A stretch of DNA of 64,000 nucleotides from Spirochaetota bacterium (GCA_050298055.1 JBNKTL010000002.1:96001-160000); one strand, 5' to 3'; counted from the first letter of the stretch, positions 10,223-20,647 are shown. Numbers and translations: made by a program. The notes: generated from the letters alone by a model not told the origin.

Positions 10223-10728
10223 TTAAAAAGAAATTTTCTTAAAATTGCATCACCGGGAAGCACCTTGTGGGCCGTGAGATCAAAGAGATGCCGGCTGTAT
10301 TTCATCTCTTCCAGGTAGTCATCGATAAGCTTTTTTATCTCGTTCCTGTAGAGCTTTCTGAAGGCAATGCCGTCGGTCAGTTCCAGCGTGAAACCAAAAA
10401 AGATGAAAAGGATAAGCCCGGTAATTGCCGAGAGAACGATGGGTTTAATGGCAGTAAGGAAGAGACTTGAATAGAAAAAGTATGAAGCAACTGCCATGAC
10501 AGCCAGCAGGAAAAAGACGACACCCTGTATCCAGGACTTGCCCTCAACGGCTTTGAACTTTCCTTCCACTGCCCCGATAAATGCTTCGAGGTTCTCACTC
10601 TCCTTTTCTGATAGGTCAGAGGATTTGATGACCGGGGTGTTGCAGTATCTGCACACTGCATCAGAATGGCCAATTGAGGCACCGCAATTACCGCAGTTTA
10701 CTTCACTCTCTTTTTTCCCGATTTTCAC
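10219..10728 (-). CDS. Zinc-ribbon + two-TM hypothetical protein
   Basis: CGNCGA...CRYC, then two hydrophobic helices; overlaps the EamA start. GTG 10728 start is tentative. Confidence 0.7.
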   Translation of the reverse strand: MKIGKKESEVNCGNCGASIGHSDAVCRYCNTPVIKSSDLSEKESENLEAFIGAVEGKFKAVEGKSWIQGVVFFLLAVMAVASYFFYSSLFLTAIKPIVLSAITGLILFIFFGFTLELTDGIAFRKLYRNEIKKLIDDYLEEMKYSRHLFDLTAHKVLPGDAILRKFLFK

Positions 10729-10912
10729 AGCTCTTATCCTGCTCCTAACCTGTTTCCCTGCAGGCAGAAAATACACGGTAATATTATTTTGTCAAGTACC
10801 TGGTGAATCCTGGAACAATTTAATCGTATTAAAATATTTTTTTTAGTCATTAAAAAATATTTGATTTTATTCATTATTACTGTGAGGTTATGGATAAAAA
10901 AGAGAAAACACC

Positions 10913-11755
10913 ATGAAAATTACAACCCTTATTGAAAATACCCTGGCTGATAAATTACTGAAAGCGCAGCATGGTATCAGCCTCTTCATTGAATATAACG
11001 GCAATAATATTCTCTTCGATACCGGCTCAAGCGATCTCTTCCTGAGAAACAGTCAAAAAATCAACATCAGCCTCTCAACCGTTGATTCTGTTATCATATC
11101 CCATGCTCATTACGATCACGGAGGAGGCCTAAAAGCTTTTTTTTCAATCAACAGCAGAGCGCAGATTTTTGTCTCAAAATATGCTGAAACTGCATGTTAT
11201 GCGAAGGCGGCCCCGATGCTCTACAAGTATATAGGTCTGGAAAAAGGCATCCTGAAAAAATATGAAGACCGGGTAACCTATATTGAAGAAAAGATAAGCC
11301 CCGTTCAGGGAATTACACTTCTGAAAAACAGCTGTGACACCTACCCCCGGCCTGCGGGGAACCGAAGGCTTTTCCTGAAGAAAGAGGGAAAGAACTTCCC
11401 CGATACCTTCAACCACGAACTGATCACTGTTTTTGAAAATCGTGACGGGACCATAACACTTCTGACCGGCTGTTCACACAACGGCATTCTCAATATGATA
11501 ACCTCCGCAGAAGAGGCCTTCCCCGGGAAAAAAATAAGAAGCATAATCGGCGGCTTTCACCTCATGAACCCCATTACCAAAAATCTCTCTGAGAAAAGAG
11601 AAAATGTGGAAGAGATAGCTGATTTTATCGCTGCAAGGAACATCGAAAAAATCTATACCGGCCACTGTACCGGGGAGAGAGCCTTTGATATCATGAAATC
11701 CAGGCTGGGAGAGCATCTCGATAAATTTCAAACGGGAACTGTTATTGAATTATAA
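10913..11755 (+). CDS. MBL-fold metallo-hydrolase (COG1237-like)
   Basis: HGIS, FDTG, SHAHYDHGGG, GCSH, GGFH, HCTG motifs. Confidence 0.92.
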   Translation: MKITTLIENTLADKLLKAQHGISLFIEYNGNNILFDTGSSDLFLRNSQKINISLSTVDSVIISHAHYDHGGGLKAFFSINSRAQIFVSKYAETACYAKAAPMLYKYIGLEKGILKKYEDRVTYIEEKISPVQGITLLKNSCDTYPRPAGNRRLFLKKEGKNFPDTFNHELITVFENRDGTITLLTGCSHNGILNMITSAEEAFPGKKIRSIIGGFHLMNPITKNLSEKRENVEEIADFIAARNIEKIYTGHCTGERAFDIMKSRLGEHLDKFQTGTVIEL

Positions 11756-11764
11756 CATCTATTC

Positions 11765-11901
11765 TAACTACTCAGCTATGTTTAAAAATAATCATTAATC
11801 AAAAAATAAAACTGATATGTCACCGCCGCCGAAGGCGGCTATGACATATTGCTGGTATTTTAGTAAATAGGTTAATAATAGCAATATTGCCGAGTAGTTA
11901 C
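11765..11901. mobile_element. MITE/REPIN-like repeat, copy A (full length)
   Basis: Ends TAACTACTCAGC / GCCGAGTAGTTA (11/12 inverted match); centre ATATGTCA-CC-GCCGCC-GAA-GGCGGC-TA-TGACATAT; lies between convergent genes. Confidence 0.75.
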
Positions 11902-11904
11902 CAT

Positions 11905-12789
11905 CTATTTCTTTTTTGGCTCTTTATTAAAATTGTTTATAAGGGCGGTGAAACGCTTACCCAGCCCGTTTATTTCATTTCCTTTTGCAGTCAGATCCAT
12001 AAGAATTTTATGGGATGTCATTCCGGGGCCCGCCCAGAACCCGCCCTTTTCCCCTGCCTCCCTCCTGAAATCTTCCGCAATACCGGTCATCTCTCTGTTT
12101 TTTACTTTTATCTGTTTCATGAGATCTTCCATCTGAACAAGGAGTCCCCTCTTTTCATTTATTACTTTTTTATTGTATCCCTTTGCTTCAAGATCCCTGA
12201 GATTTGCATAAGCATTTTTAATGTTTTTTCCCGAATCCGACAAAATCTTTAAAACCTGTTTATTAAACTGGTCTATCTTTCCGCTGATTTTTGCGCTGTT
12301 TATCTTTGTTATCTTATATTTTTCTGCAGTGGATGCAAATGCTTTCGATGCTGCGCTGTATTCCCCGGATTCTTTTACGAACATTTTAACATCATTTTCA
12401 AACCTTTTGTTCAGGTCATGGTACTTCTTCCACGCAGGATTGTTGGACTGAATCTTTTTCCTTGGGCCTGCAATTCTGTTAAATTCCTTTTTCTGTCCAT
12501 GAAAGACGGCCCTTCTCCCTTTCATTTTATCCAGGGCCTTTTTCATATTATCCAGATGATTTTGAAGAAGCGGATAAGGCTGATTTTTCCTGTCAACATA
12601 GGGGACAATGGAGCCGTAGACCTCCTTCTTGCTGTTATAATCACCGGCAGCTTTTTTAATACTGATGTTTGATTGCTTAATAACCTTATTAAATCTGCCC
12701 CTTATATCAGAAGATTTATAATAGCGAACACACCCGTTCGGTCCGGCTATCAAGAGAACGAAGAAAGCAAGTATCAATTTTCTGTTCAT
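11905..12789 (-). CDS. Putative lipoprotein, alpha-helical/coiled-coil
   Basis: SD GAGGAGG before ATG 12789; MNRKLILAFFVLLIAGPNGC lipoprotein-like signal. Confidence 0.75.
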   Translation of the reverse strand: MNRKLILAFFVLLIAGPNGCVRYYKSSDIRGRFNKVIKQSNISIKKAAGDYNSKKEVYGSIVPYVDRKNQPYPLLQNHLDNMKKALDKMKGRRAVFHGQKKEFNRIAGPRKKIQSNNPAWKKYHDLNKRFENDVKMFVKESGEYSAASKAFASTAEKYKITKINSAKISGKIDQFNKQVLKILSDSGKNIKNAYANLRDLEAKGYNKKVINEKRGLLVQMEDLMKQIKVKNREMTGIAEDFRREAGEKGGFWAGPGMTSHKILMDLTAKGNEINGLGKRFTALINNFNKEPKKK

Positions 12790-12882
12790 TTCTGCCTCCT
12801 CATGTTGACACCTGTTACAAAGTCGTTTTCTGATTGTAGTGAAAAAACAGAACGTTGTCAACTGAATAGATCAACCTCATAA

Positions 12883-13254
<372 letters not shown>

Positions 13255-13264
13255 TAAATCCGGA

Positions 13265-13293
13265 TCTCTGTCAATGATATTCATTGACAGAGA
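13265..13293. promoter_or_regulatory. 13-bp perfect inverted repeat containing TTGACA on both strands
   Basis: TCTCTGTCAATGA-TAT-TCATTGACAGAGA between the DUF6122 stop and the HAD gene. Confidence 0.5.
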
Positions 13294-13332
13294 AGTGTAT
13301 TAAAGATTAATAAAAGCAAACAGGAGATAACT

Positions 13333-14019
13333 ATCAAAGCTGTACTTTTCGACATAGACGGAACAATTCTCAACTGCCGCGGTGCCGGGAAAAGCTCATT
13401 CCTTCAGGCTACACAGGAGGTCTACGGATCATCCGGAAATATGGAGAATATAAGCTTCCAGGGCAAAACAGATCAACTTATCCTGAGGGAATCTCTTCTC
13501 AGTGAAGGTTTCACTCTGGAAGAGATAGAGCTGAATCTTGAGATCTTTAAGGAGAGGTATTTCAGTATACTGGAAAATCTCATAAGCAGGGAAACCGTTC
13601 TCATATTACCCGGTGTTAAAGAAGTCATAGAAAAGTTAAATGAAAAGAGTGACATTATTCTCGGTCTTCTCACCGGGAACTTCAGGAAGAGTGCAGAGAT
13701 CAAGCTCCAGTCACACTCTCTTTACGGGAACTTCAGGTTTGGCGTTTACGGTTCGGATACCTGGGACAGGAACATGATGCCTGCAATTGCCCGTCGAAGG
13801 CTGCTGGACACTTTCTCCCTGGATATTGACTTCAGCAGGATGGTTATTATCGGCGATACGGTCCATGATATTGCCTGCTCCAAAAACTCGGGGAGTATTT
13901 CAATTTCAGTGGGAACTGGCTGGACAGAGAAGGAAGTCCTCCTGGAAGAAGAACCTGATTATTTCTTCGATGATATGGGAGATGTGGAGAATATCCTTAA
14001 TACCATAATCAACTGTTGA
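13333..14019 (+). CDS. HAD-superfamily hydrolase (phosphoglycolate phosphatase-like)
   Basis: Motif I FDIDGT lies in frame upstream of the ORF-track ATG (13441); LTGN and IIGDTVHD motifs follow. Probable ATC start at 13333. Confidence 0.9.
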   Translation: MKAVLFDIDGTILNCRGAGKSSFLQATQEVYGSSGNMENISFQGKTDQLILRESLLSEGFTLEEIELNLEIFKERYFSILENLISRETVLILPGVKEVIEKLNEKSDIILGLLTGNFRKSAEIKLQSHSLYGNFRFGVYGSDTWDRNMMPAIARRRLLDTFSLDIDFSRMVIIGDTVHDIACSKNSGSISISVGTGWTEKEVLLEEEPDYFFDDMGDVENILNTIINC

Positions 14020-14031
14020 ATCTTTCTGTCT

Positions 14032-15609
14032 TCATCTCTTTTTTCTGCGCAACCTTTTGTAAAGATAGACAGCCTCATCTGCTTTCATCAACAGGCTGGC
14101 AGCCAAATAGCTTATCCCGCCCCCTGCAACCATGAGAACAAGAACACCTGCTTTAACCGGCAGTGAGCTCCCCCCCCAGTCCGCAGTGATTGCAATACTC
14201 CTCACCGCATAAGCCATTACCATTCCCGAAACAAGAAATTTAAAGAAGGATCTGAGTACCGGGAAAAGCCTGATACCTCCGGCAAGTCTGTTCAGCCATA
14301 TGAGGAGAAGGAACATCTGTGCGGTTGCCGCCAGGGAACCTGCAAGTGCCAGGCCCGCATGTTTCAGTGAGGTCTGCATAAGGAAAGCACCCGATACAAC
14401 ATAGACCAAAAGTGCCGCTGCTGCGGAGAGTGCGGGTTTCTTCGATTCCTTGAGTGAAAAAAAAGCCGGAATGGTAATCCTGTTTACAGATATGGCCGAT
14501 ATCCCAATACTGGCGTAAAAAAGAGCCTTTGCAGTCAACTTTGCTTCTGTATGAGCAAATTCGCCCCGCATGAAGAGTACCGATATTATGGGAAAACCTA
14601 TTGTCATGAGCGCAAGAGATGCCGGTACCGCCAGGTAGAGTGCTGATTTCAGCGAACGCGTATAGAGTTCCCTGAACCTCTCCATATTATCAGACGCAGT
14701 CAACCGGGACATCTCGGGAAGGATCACATTGCCGATGGATATAATAAATACACCCAGTACAATCTCGGTCAGCCTGTCTGCATAGTAGAGATAGGAAATA
14801 CTTCCCGAATCCAGCGTTGAGGCCATTACTGTTCCTATGAGTATGTTTATCTGTATTATTCCGTTGGCGAAAAAAGCCGGCGCCAGCAGCCTGTAGATCT
14901 TTTTAAGCTGGGGGTGGCTGAAATTAATACTTACCTTCAGCCTGAAGCCGGACTTAACCAGATAAGGGATCTGAAGAATTAATTGGAATAATCCGCCAAA
15001 GAGAACACCTGCCGAAACCCCGTAGAGCGGCTCATCAAAAAAACGGCTGAAAACCAGGATCCCGGATATCATTCCCACATTGAGAAGCACAGGGGAAAAG
15101 GCAGGTGCGAAGAAATAGCCGTGAGAATTGAGGATTCCCATGGAGAATGCCACAAATCCCACAAAAAAAAGATAGGGAAACATGACCCTGTTCAGGTCCA
15201 CGGCAAGACCAAAGGATTCACTTCCCCTGAAACCGTAACCAATGACGCCGATAATTTCAGGTGAAAATATTATTCCCAGGTATATAAGCGCGGCAATAAC
15301 CAGCATCTGCAGAGTCAATGCCCGTGAAGCAAGATCCCCGGCTTCCTTCTCACCGTCATTCATAAGCACTTCGGTGTAAACCGGGATAAAGGATATTGTG
15401 AGTGTCCCCTCGGCAACAAACCTTCTCAGCATATTGGGGATCCTGAACGCAACAAAAAACGCATCTGTGGCCCCACTTGCACCGAAGACCGCAGCCATAA
15501 GCATGTCCCGGATAAAACCGAGTACCCTGCTGGCAAGTGTTGATGCGGCAACAACACCTGTTGACCTGACCACACTGGATGATTTCTTAATTCCCGTTGA
15601 CTTATCCAT
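14032..15609 (-). CDS. murJ: Lipid II flippase MurJ
   Basis: SRVLGFIRD, DAFFVAFRIPNMLRRFVAEG, YLYYADRL; multi-TM. Confidence 0.96.
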   Translation of the reverse strand: MDKSTGIKKSSSVVRSTGVVAASTLASRVLGFIRDMLMAAVFGASGATDAFFVAFRIPNMLRRFVAEGTLTISFIPVYTEVLMNDGEKEAGDLASRALTLQMLVIAALIYLGIIFSPEIIGVIGYGFRGSESFGLAVDLNRVMFPYLFFVGFVAFSMGILNSHGYFFAPAFSPVLLNVGMISGILVFSRFFDEPLYGVSAGVLFGGLFQLILQIPYLVKSGFRLKVSINFSHPQLKKIYRLLAPAFFANGIIQINILIGTVMASTLDSGSISYLYYADRLTEIVLGVFIISIGNVILPEMSRLTASDNMERFRELYTRSLKSALYLAVPASLALMTIGFPIISVLFMRGEFAHTEAKLTAKALFYASIGISAISVNRITIPAFFSLKESKKPALSAAAALLVYVVSGAFLMQTSLKHAGLALAGSLAATAQMFLLLIWLNRLAGGIRLFPVLRSFFKFLVSGMVMAYAVRSIAITADWGGSSLPVKAGVLVLMVAGGGISYLAASLLMKADEAVYLYKRLRRKKR

Positions 15610-15840
15610 TTAAGCTCATTCCTGTTAAAAACCTGAAATGTCCCGTTCACAACACTATTTCCCGGCATCCTGTAGTCAAACAATTATTCAATTACAACCC
15701 TGTGCTGTTTACGGTAAATATTAATCTAATATATCTTGACAAATGGCACCATTAACGGGAAACTTCAAAATCACGGTTTTCCGGTATATATTGCTCTCAT
15801 GCAGAGAATCCTCAAAAAATCTGGTACTATTTAATTAAAT

Positions 15841-17391
15841 ATGAACAAAAATAAATTGAAAATTATCCTGGCTTTCTTTCTTCTCATCTTCCCCCTGGTG
15901 TCCCTGCACGCAGGATATTACAACAGGGGCAGGACACAGTTTGTCTACAAAAACTATGATAAGGCTAAGGAGATGTTCCTGAAGGCGGTAGAAAAACATG
16001 AACATGGAGATTCCTACTACTTCCTTGGTGAGATCGAAAAGCTGCAGAAAAATTATAAACAGGCAATGGAATATTACCAGAAAGCCGCAACGCTGCATAC
16101 GACGAAGAAATATAAAAAGAACGCTTTCTGGAACCTCATTGTCCTTGCGGAGATGAGCGGAGACTATGATAACCTGGTAAAAACGAGCCTCTATCTCTGG
16201 AAAAAGCTCAAGGACAACGGCGCCAGGAAAAAAATTGAGGGTATTATCAACAAGTCACTCTGGACAGACAACCCGGAAGCAGTGGCAAAATATAAAGCCG
16301 GAATAAGACTAAAAAAAAGAAAAAAATTTGACGAAGCAGAAGTTAAATTTCGTGAAGCAGTATCAATTGAGCCTGCATTCCTTGCTCCAAAATTTGAACT
16401 GGGCATGTCTGCATACAAAAAAGGGGAAACCTCAACGGCCCTGAACTACCTGGAGGATATTTCCAATAAGATCCCCTTTTACGCGGAGGTCCATATGATA
16501 ATGGCCGATATCTATTTCAATAACAGGAATTATGAAAAAGCGGCATGGCACTTTGACAGGGCCATAGAATACGGTTTCATAAAGGGGAAAACCAGGTACC
16601 TGCTCAGGCTCAAGAGAGGAACATCCTACTATAACACGGGGAACCTGGAAAAGGCCAGGGAGGATATCGACTACGCAGTTAATTATCATAAAAAGTCCCT
16701 GGAGCCCCTGCTGCTTCTCTCAGCTATAAACATCAAGCTCAATGACTATGATGGGGCACTCAGGGCCCTTTTGAAAGCATCGAAAATTGACAACAACAAC
16801 CCGGTCATCATATACAAAATCGGGAGTATCTACTACAAGAAGGATGACTGGCGGTCTGTTTCCTATTTTGACCGGTTATTCGATATGACAGTCAAGGGAG
16901 ATAAAAAGTCGAACAGCAGGTATTTAAGGGCCTTTGAGATACTGGCAGAAAAACACTTTGCCCGAAAAAACTACGGCAGAGTTCTGGAGATCACCGGTTC
17001 ACTGAAGGATGAGCTGAACAATTACAAAATACTCCTCATAAAAGCAAAATCATATTTTTATACCGCACAGTATGATCACGCAGTGGATATTTTTGAAAAG
17101 CTCTCACTTGATAATGAGAACAGGTTTATGCTCTGCAAGGCTTATTACCTGAGCAAAAGAAAAGAGAAGGCGGAAGAACTCCTGAAGTCTTTAATAAACC
17201 ATGACGAATATTATAAAAAGGCAAAAGAACACAGCTTTCTTTCAAAGCTTGTAAAAAAAATTGAAAAAGAGAAGCTTGATAAAGAACTGAGAGAAAAGGC
17301 CGAGTTAGAAAAGAACAGGCTGGAGAATACAGCTCCCCGGGAGAAGAGTACCGGGGAACAGGAAAAGAGTCATACCAGTGAGAGGAGATAA
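15841..17391 (+). CDS. Exported TPR protein
   Basis: Signal peptide ending LHA; multiple TPRs (YYFLGEIE, YKIGSIYY). Confidence 0.85.
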   Translation: MNKNKLKIILAFFLLIFPLVSLHAGYYNRGRTQFVYKNYDKAKEMFLKAVEKHEHGDSYYFLGEIEKLQKNYKQAMEYYQKAATLHTTKKYKKNAFWNLIVLAEMSGDYDNLVKTSLYLWKKLKDNGARKKIEGIINKSLWTDNPEAVAKYKAGIRLKKRKKFDEAEVKFREAVSIEPAFLAPKFELGMSAYKKGETSTALNYLEDISNKIPFYAEVHMIMADIYFNNRNYEKAAWHFDRAIEYGFIKGKTRYLLRLKRGTSYYNTGNLEKAREDIDYAVNYHKKSLEPLLLLSAINIKLNDYDGALRALLKASKIDNNNPVIIYKIGSIYYKKDDWRSVSYFDRLFDMTVKGDKKSNSRYLRAFEILAEKHFARKNYGRVLEITGSLKDELNNYKILLIKAKSYFYTAQYDHAVDIFEKLSLDNENRFMLCKAYYLSKRKEKAEELLKSLINHDEYYKKAKEHSFLSKLVKKIEKEKLDKELREKAELEKNRLENTAPREKSTGEQEKSHTSERR

Positions 17392-17394
17392 TGC

Positions 17395-18297
17395 TTGAGC
17401 AGAGAAGTGAACAAATATGTTAAGCACAGTCCCCGTAATTCTGTTATCGCATTAATACTCCTCGCTGCAGCGTACATTATTAATTATACATTTCATGCAG
17501 GTCCGGTACTCCTGCTCCTCTATTCACTGGGTTCCCTCTTTTATGTTATCTATATAAAAATCAACAGTATCGGTTACAGGTATAACTCCGATTATATACA
17601 GTCAGGAGAAGCATCTGTTGCTCTGCTGGCAATAATTGCCGTAAGCAGCCGGTTATCTGAAAACCTCTCTCTTCTCTTCCCTGCCGTGGTCCTCATTGTT
17701 TTTCTGTCTGATATTTTTTTCAACAGGGTGCTTATCAAAAAGGGATCCGAAGCATGCACAGCGGGTATCTATATAAATATCTTTTCCGCAGTACTCCTTG
17801 TTTTCTCAGTTTTCAAAATACCCGGTTTTAACAGCAGTCTTATTACAAAAGTCCTTCTGGGATATTTGACTCTGCCGAATCCCGAACCTCTCTTTCTGGT
17901 CATCCCGGCAACACTTGCTTTGCTTTCTGCACTGCTTTACCTCATTCTGAAACCCGAACTTCTTTTATTTTCCCACGGCCCCGCCTATTTCAGGTCTGTG
18001 AGAATAAACTACACAGGGCTCAGGCTCATTGTGACATTCTTCAGATCCGTAGTGTTTACAGCGGCATTTTTCCTTACCGGAATTGCCGGGGGTACGGCAC
18101 TCTATTACCACAGGCCCGGAAAGGAGGGCCTGTACCAGCTGGAGTTTATAATGATAACCCTTGCCTATACACAGCTTATTGTGATGGTTTCACTTTTTTA
18201 TGGGAAAGTACCGGCATCTGCGCTCTCCATAGCAGCATCATACATTCTCTACTTACTCTTAATGAGAAGAAGGATTTACCTCTATGATAGAAATTAA
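17395..18297 (+). CDS. Polytopic membrane protein, divergent FecCD/BtuC-like permease
   Basis: About 9 TM; LLGYL and LLFSHGPAYFRSVRIN resemble the BtuC/FecD WLLGSL and EAA-loop regions; overlaps the ABC ATPase gene. Confidence 0.55.
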   Translation: MSREVNKYVKHSPRNSVIALILLAAAYIINYTFHAGPVLLLLYSLGSLFYVIYIKINSIGYRYNSDYIQSGEASVALLAIIAVSSRLSENLSLLFPAVVLIVFLSDIFFNRVLIKKGSEACTAGIYINIFSAVLLVFSVFKIPGFNSSLITKVLLGYLTLPNPEPLFLVIPATLALLSALLYLILKPELLLFSHGPAYFRSVRINYTGLRLIVTFFRSVVFTAAFFLTGIAGGTALYYHRPGKEGLYQLEFIMITLAYTQLIVMVSLFYGKVPASALSIAASYILYLLLMRRRIYLYDRN

Positions 18298-19057
18298 AAA
18301 CCTCAATTTCACTTACAATGACAGGCATCTGTTGAAAAACATTAACCTCGCACTCAACGACGGTGAGATTATCGGTATCACCGGGAGGGGGGGCTGCGGA
18401 AAGAGTCTCCTCTTAAAGATACTGGCAGCCGTCATTAAAGAATACCAGGGCGAAGTCCTGCACAACGGCAGGAAACTGATCTCATATATGAGAAGCGATC
18501 TGCAGAAGATCATTTCATATATGGACGGGAAAACACCGGACAATCCCGATGACTCGGTCTATAATTTTTCTCTCCTTTCACGGATCACCTACAAGAGCAT
18601 GCTCAAGCCCTTTTCTGATTACGACATACAGGTTACCGAAGATTATCTCAAGGCCCTTGATCTTGAATCCATAGGTGACAGGAAACTGGGAACACTCTCT
18701 GACAGCCTGATGAAATCCGTAAGACTTGCACACTCATTTATCAGGGAAGGAGAAGTCCTTGTTCTGGATGATCCCACGGAAAGTTTAAGCATCTATACAA
18801 CCGCCCTCATAAGGAAACTCATATTAAAATACACACTCAACGGGGACAGGATCGTGGTAATGGCTTCCCACGATCTCAACTTTCTTCTGCAGACTGCCGA
18901 CAGGATAATCATTATGGACGAGGGAACCGTTTACGAAGACGGCCCCCCCCATATGGTTGATGCCGATTGCGTGAAGAAGTATTTCGGGGCTGATGTTCTG
19001 ATCTCCAGAAATATCTATAACGGGAAACCGGAGGTGCATATTTTCCCGGAAGATTAA
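18284..19057 (+). CDS. ABC ATP-binding protein, FecE/BtuD-like, degenerate signature
   Basis: Walker A GRGGCGKS; Walker B VLVLDDPT; H-loop SHDL; signature reads LSDSL. Confidence 0.85.
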   Translation: MIEIKNLNFTYNDRHLLKNINLALNDGEIIGITGRGGCGKSLLLKILAAVIKEYQGEVLHNGRKLISYMRSDLQKIISYMDGKTPDNPDDSVYNFSLLSRITYKSMLKPFSDYDIQVTEDYLKALDLESIGDRKLGTLSDSLMKSVRLAHSFIREGEVLVLDDPTESLSIYTTALIRKLILKYTLNGDRIVVMASHDLNFLLQTADRIIIMDEGTVYEDGPPHMVDADCVKKYFGADVLISRNIYNGKPEVHIFPED

Positions 19058-19070
19058 CCGGCGGGACGTT

Positions 19071-19421
19071 TTACTCCGCGTAGTGTTTAATCTTTGTTAT
19101 ACCCTCTTCGGGACTGTCGGCAAAGATAAGGGCTGAATACGCTTCAAGAGTATCGGTAAGATTAATAAGTTCATCACTGGGCCACATAATGATAAGTCTC
19201 TCCCCGTTCTCCTTGGCAAAATAGGAAAGATCAATAAGGGATGTAATCCCGGCTGTGGTGATCATAACCACATTAGACATATTGAGTATCAGGCTCTCTT
19301 TGTCTATTATTGATTTTACTGCAATTTCAAAACCGCTGATAGTGTTTGAATTGAGGTTCCCCGCGAGGTCCATTATCTTTATTCCGCCATAGTCCCGCAT
19401 TGTATAATTAATGACATTCAT
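19071..19421 (-). CDS. STAS-domain anti-sigma antagonist-like protein
   Basis: LAGNLNSNT...ILNMSNVVMITTAGITSL; 116 aa. Confidence 0.8.
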   Translation of the reverse strand: MNVINYTMRDYGGIKIMDLAGNLNSNTISGFEIAVKSIIDKESLILNMSNVVMITTAGITSLIDLSYFAKENGERLIIMWPSDELINLTDTLEAYSALIFADSPEEGITKIKHYAE

Positions 19422-19434
19422 AATAATAAATTCC

Positions 19435-19564
19435 TGACTACTCAGATATGACTCATTATCTCAATTAAAAAAACTAACCGATATATCCCCGCCGCCTTCG
19501 GCGGCGGGGATATATTGTTGATCTTTTATAAGATAAGTAAATTTTAGCCATATTAAATAGATAC
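19435..19564. mobile_element. MITE/REPIN-like repeat, copy B
   Basis: Left end TGACTACTCAGATATG; perfect 16-bp stem ATATATCCCCGCCGCC-TTC-GGCGGCGGGGATATAT (19481-19515); right end eroded. Confidence 0.75.
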
Positions 19565-19570
19565 AATAAT

Positions 19571-20647
19571 TCAGGCGAAGAGACCTGAAAGGACCTCTTT
19601 TAATAATTTTTCATCAACCTCAATATTGAATTCCGGGTGAAACATTCCCCTGAGTAAGACAAATTTTATCTTTCCCCCGTAGTTTTTCTTGTCAAATTTC
19701 ATATGGTCAATAAGCTTCTCCGGATCAAGCCTGTCGATTCTATTGAACAACCGGTACTTTTCAACAAGTTTTTCCGCAAATTCAATATCAGCCTCTTTGA
19801 TCCATCCCATTCTTCCGGATATCTTCATTGCCGCAACAATCCCCATTGCCACTGCCCGTCCATGGGAGATACCGCTGTATTCCATAAGAGATTCCACTGA
19901 ATGGGCAGTAGTATGCCCGAAGTTCAGTATCGCCCTCCTGCCGCTCTCCTTTTCATCACCGGAAACAACAGATGCCTTGAATGCCACATTTCTTTCTACA
20001 AGCTCTTCCATCACGGATGTATTAAGAATACTCTCAAGATCATGATCAGCAAGAATGTTGAGAGTCCTCTCTTCACCCAGAAGACCATGTTTCAGGACTT
20101 CGGAAAGCCCGTTTTTAAGTTCATCTTCAGGGAGGGTTTCCAGAAACCTCATGTCGCTTGCAACCATTACCGGCTGATGGAAAGCACCGGCCATGTTCTT
20201 CCCATGGGAAAGGTTGACTGCGACCTTGCCTCCTATGCTTGAATCGACCATGGCAAGCAGAGTTGTGGGAACCTGGATTACGGAAATACCCCTCATAAAG
20301 AGGGCCGCAAGATATCCCGCAAAATCTCCCACAACACCTCCGCCTATGGCAACAACAAGCGACTTTCTGCTGAGGCCGCTTTCAATAAACTTCTCCAGAA
20401 AGCCGCCGGCATAGCCGTAATTTTTATTTTTTTCAGAATCATCCATGAGAAAGGTGGTGCATTCTCCGAAAAAATCCAGGGAATCCTCAATATAATCCCT
20501 GTGCAGAGAAAAGACCCGTGAGCTTCCAACCAGTACAATCCTGTCAGGAGTAAGTTTGTCAACAATAGCATTTACCCGGTTAAGTGATGATTCTCCGATG
20601 ACCGCACTGTAACTCTTTTCACCTGTTGAGACAACAAGTTCTTTCAC
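19571..20647 (-). CDS. aroB: 3-dehydroquinate synthase
   Basis: GGGVVGDFAG, PTTLLAMVDSSIGGK, LNFGHT, HGRAVA, DKK. Confidence 0.97.
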   Translation of the reverse strand: MKELVVSTGEKSYSAVIGESSLNRVNAIVDKLTPDRIVLVGSSRVFSLHRDYIEDSLDFFGECTTFLMDDSEKNKNYGYAGGFLEKFIESGLSRKSLVVAIGGGVVGDFAGYLAALFMRGISVIQVPTTLLAMVDSSIGGKVAVNLSHGKNMAGAFHQPVMVASDMRFLETLPEDELKNGLSEVLKHGLLGEERTLNILADHDLESILNTSVMEELVERNVAFKASVVSGDEKESGRRAILNFGHTTAHSVESLMEYSGISHGRAVAMGIVAAMKISGRMGWIKEADIEFAEKLVEKYRLFNRIDRLDPEKLIDHMKFDKKNYGGKIKFVLLRGMFHPEFNIEVDEKLLKEVLSGLFA

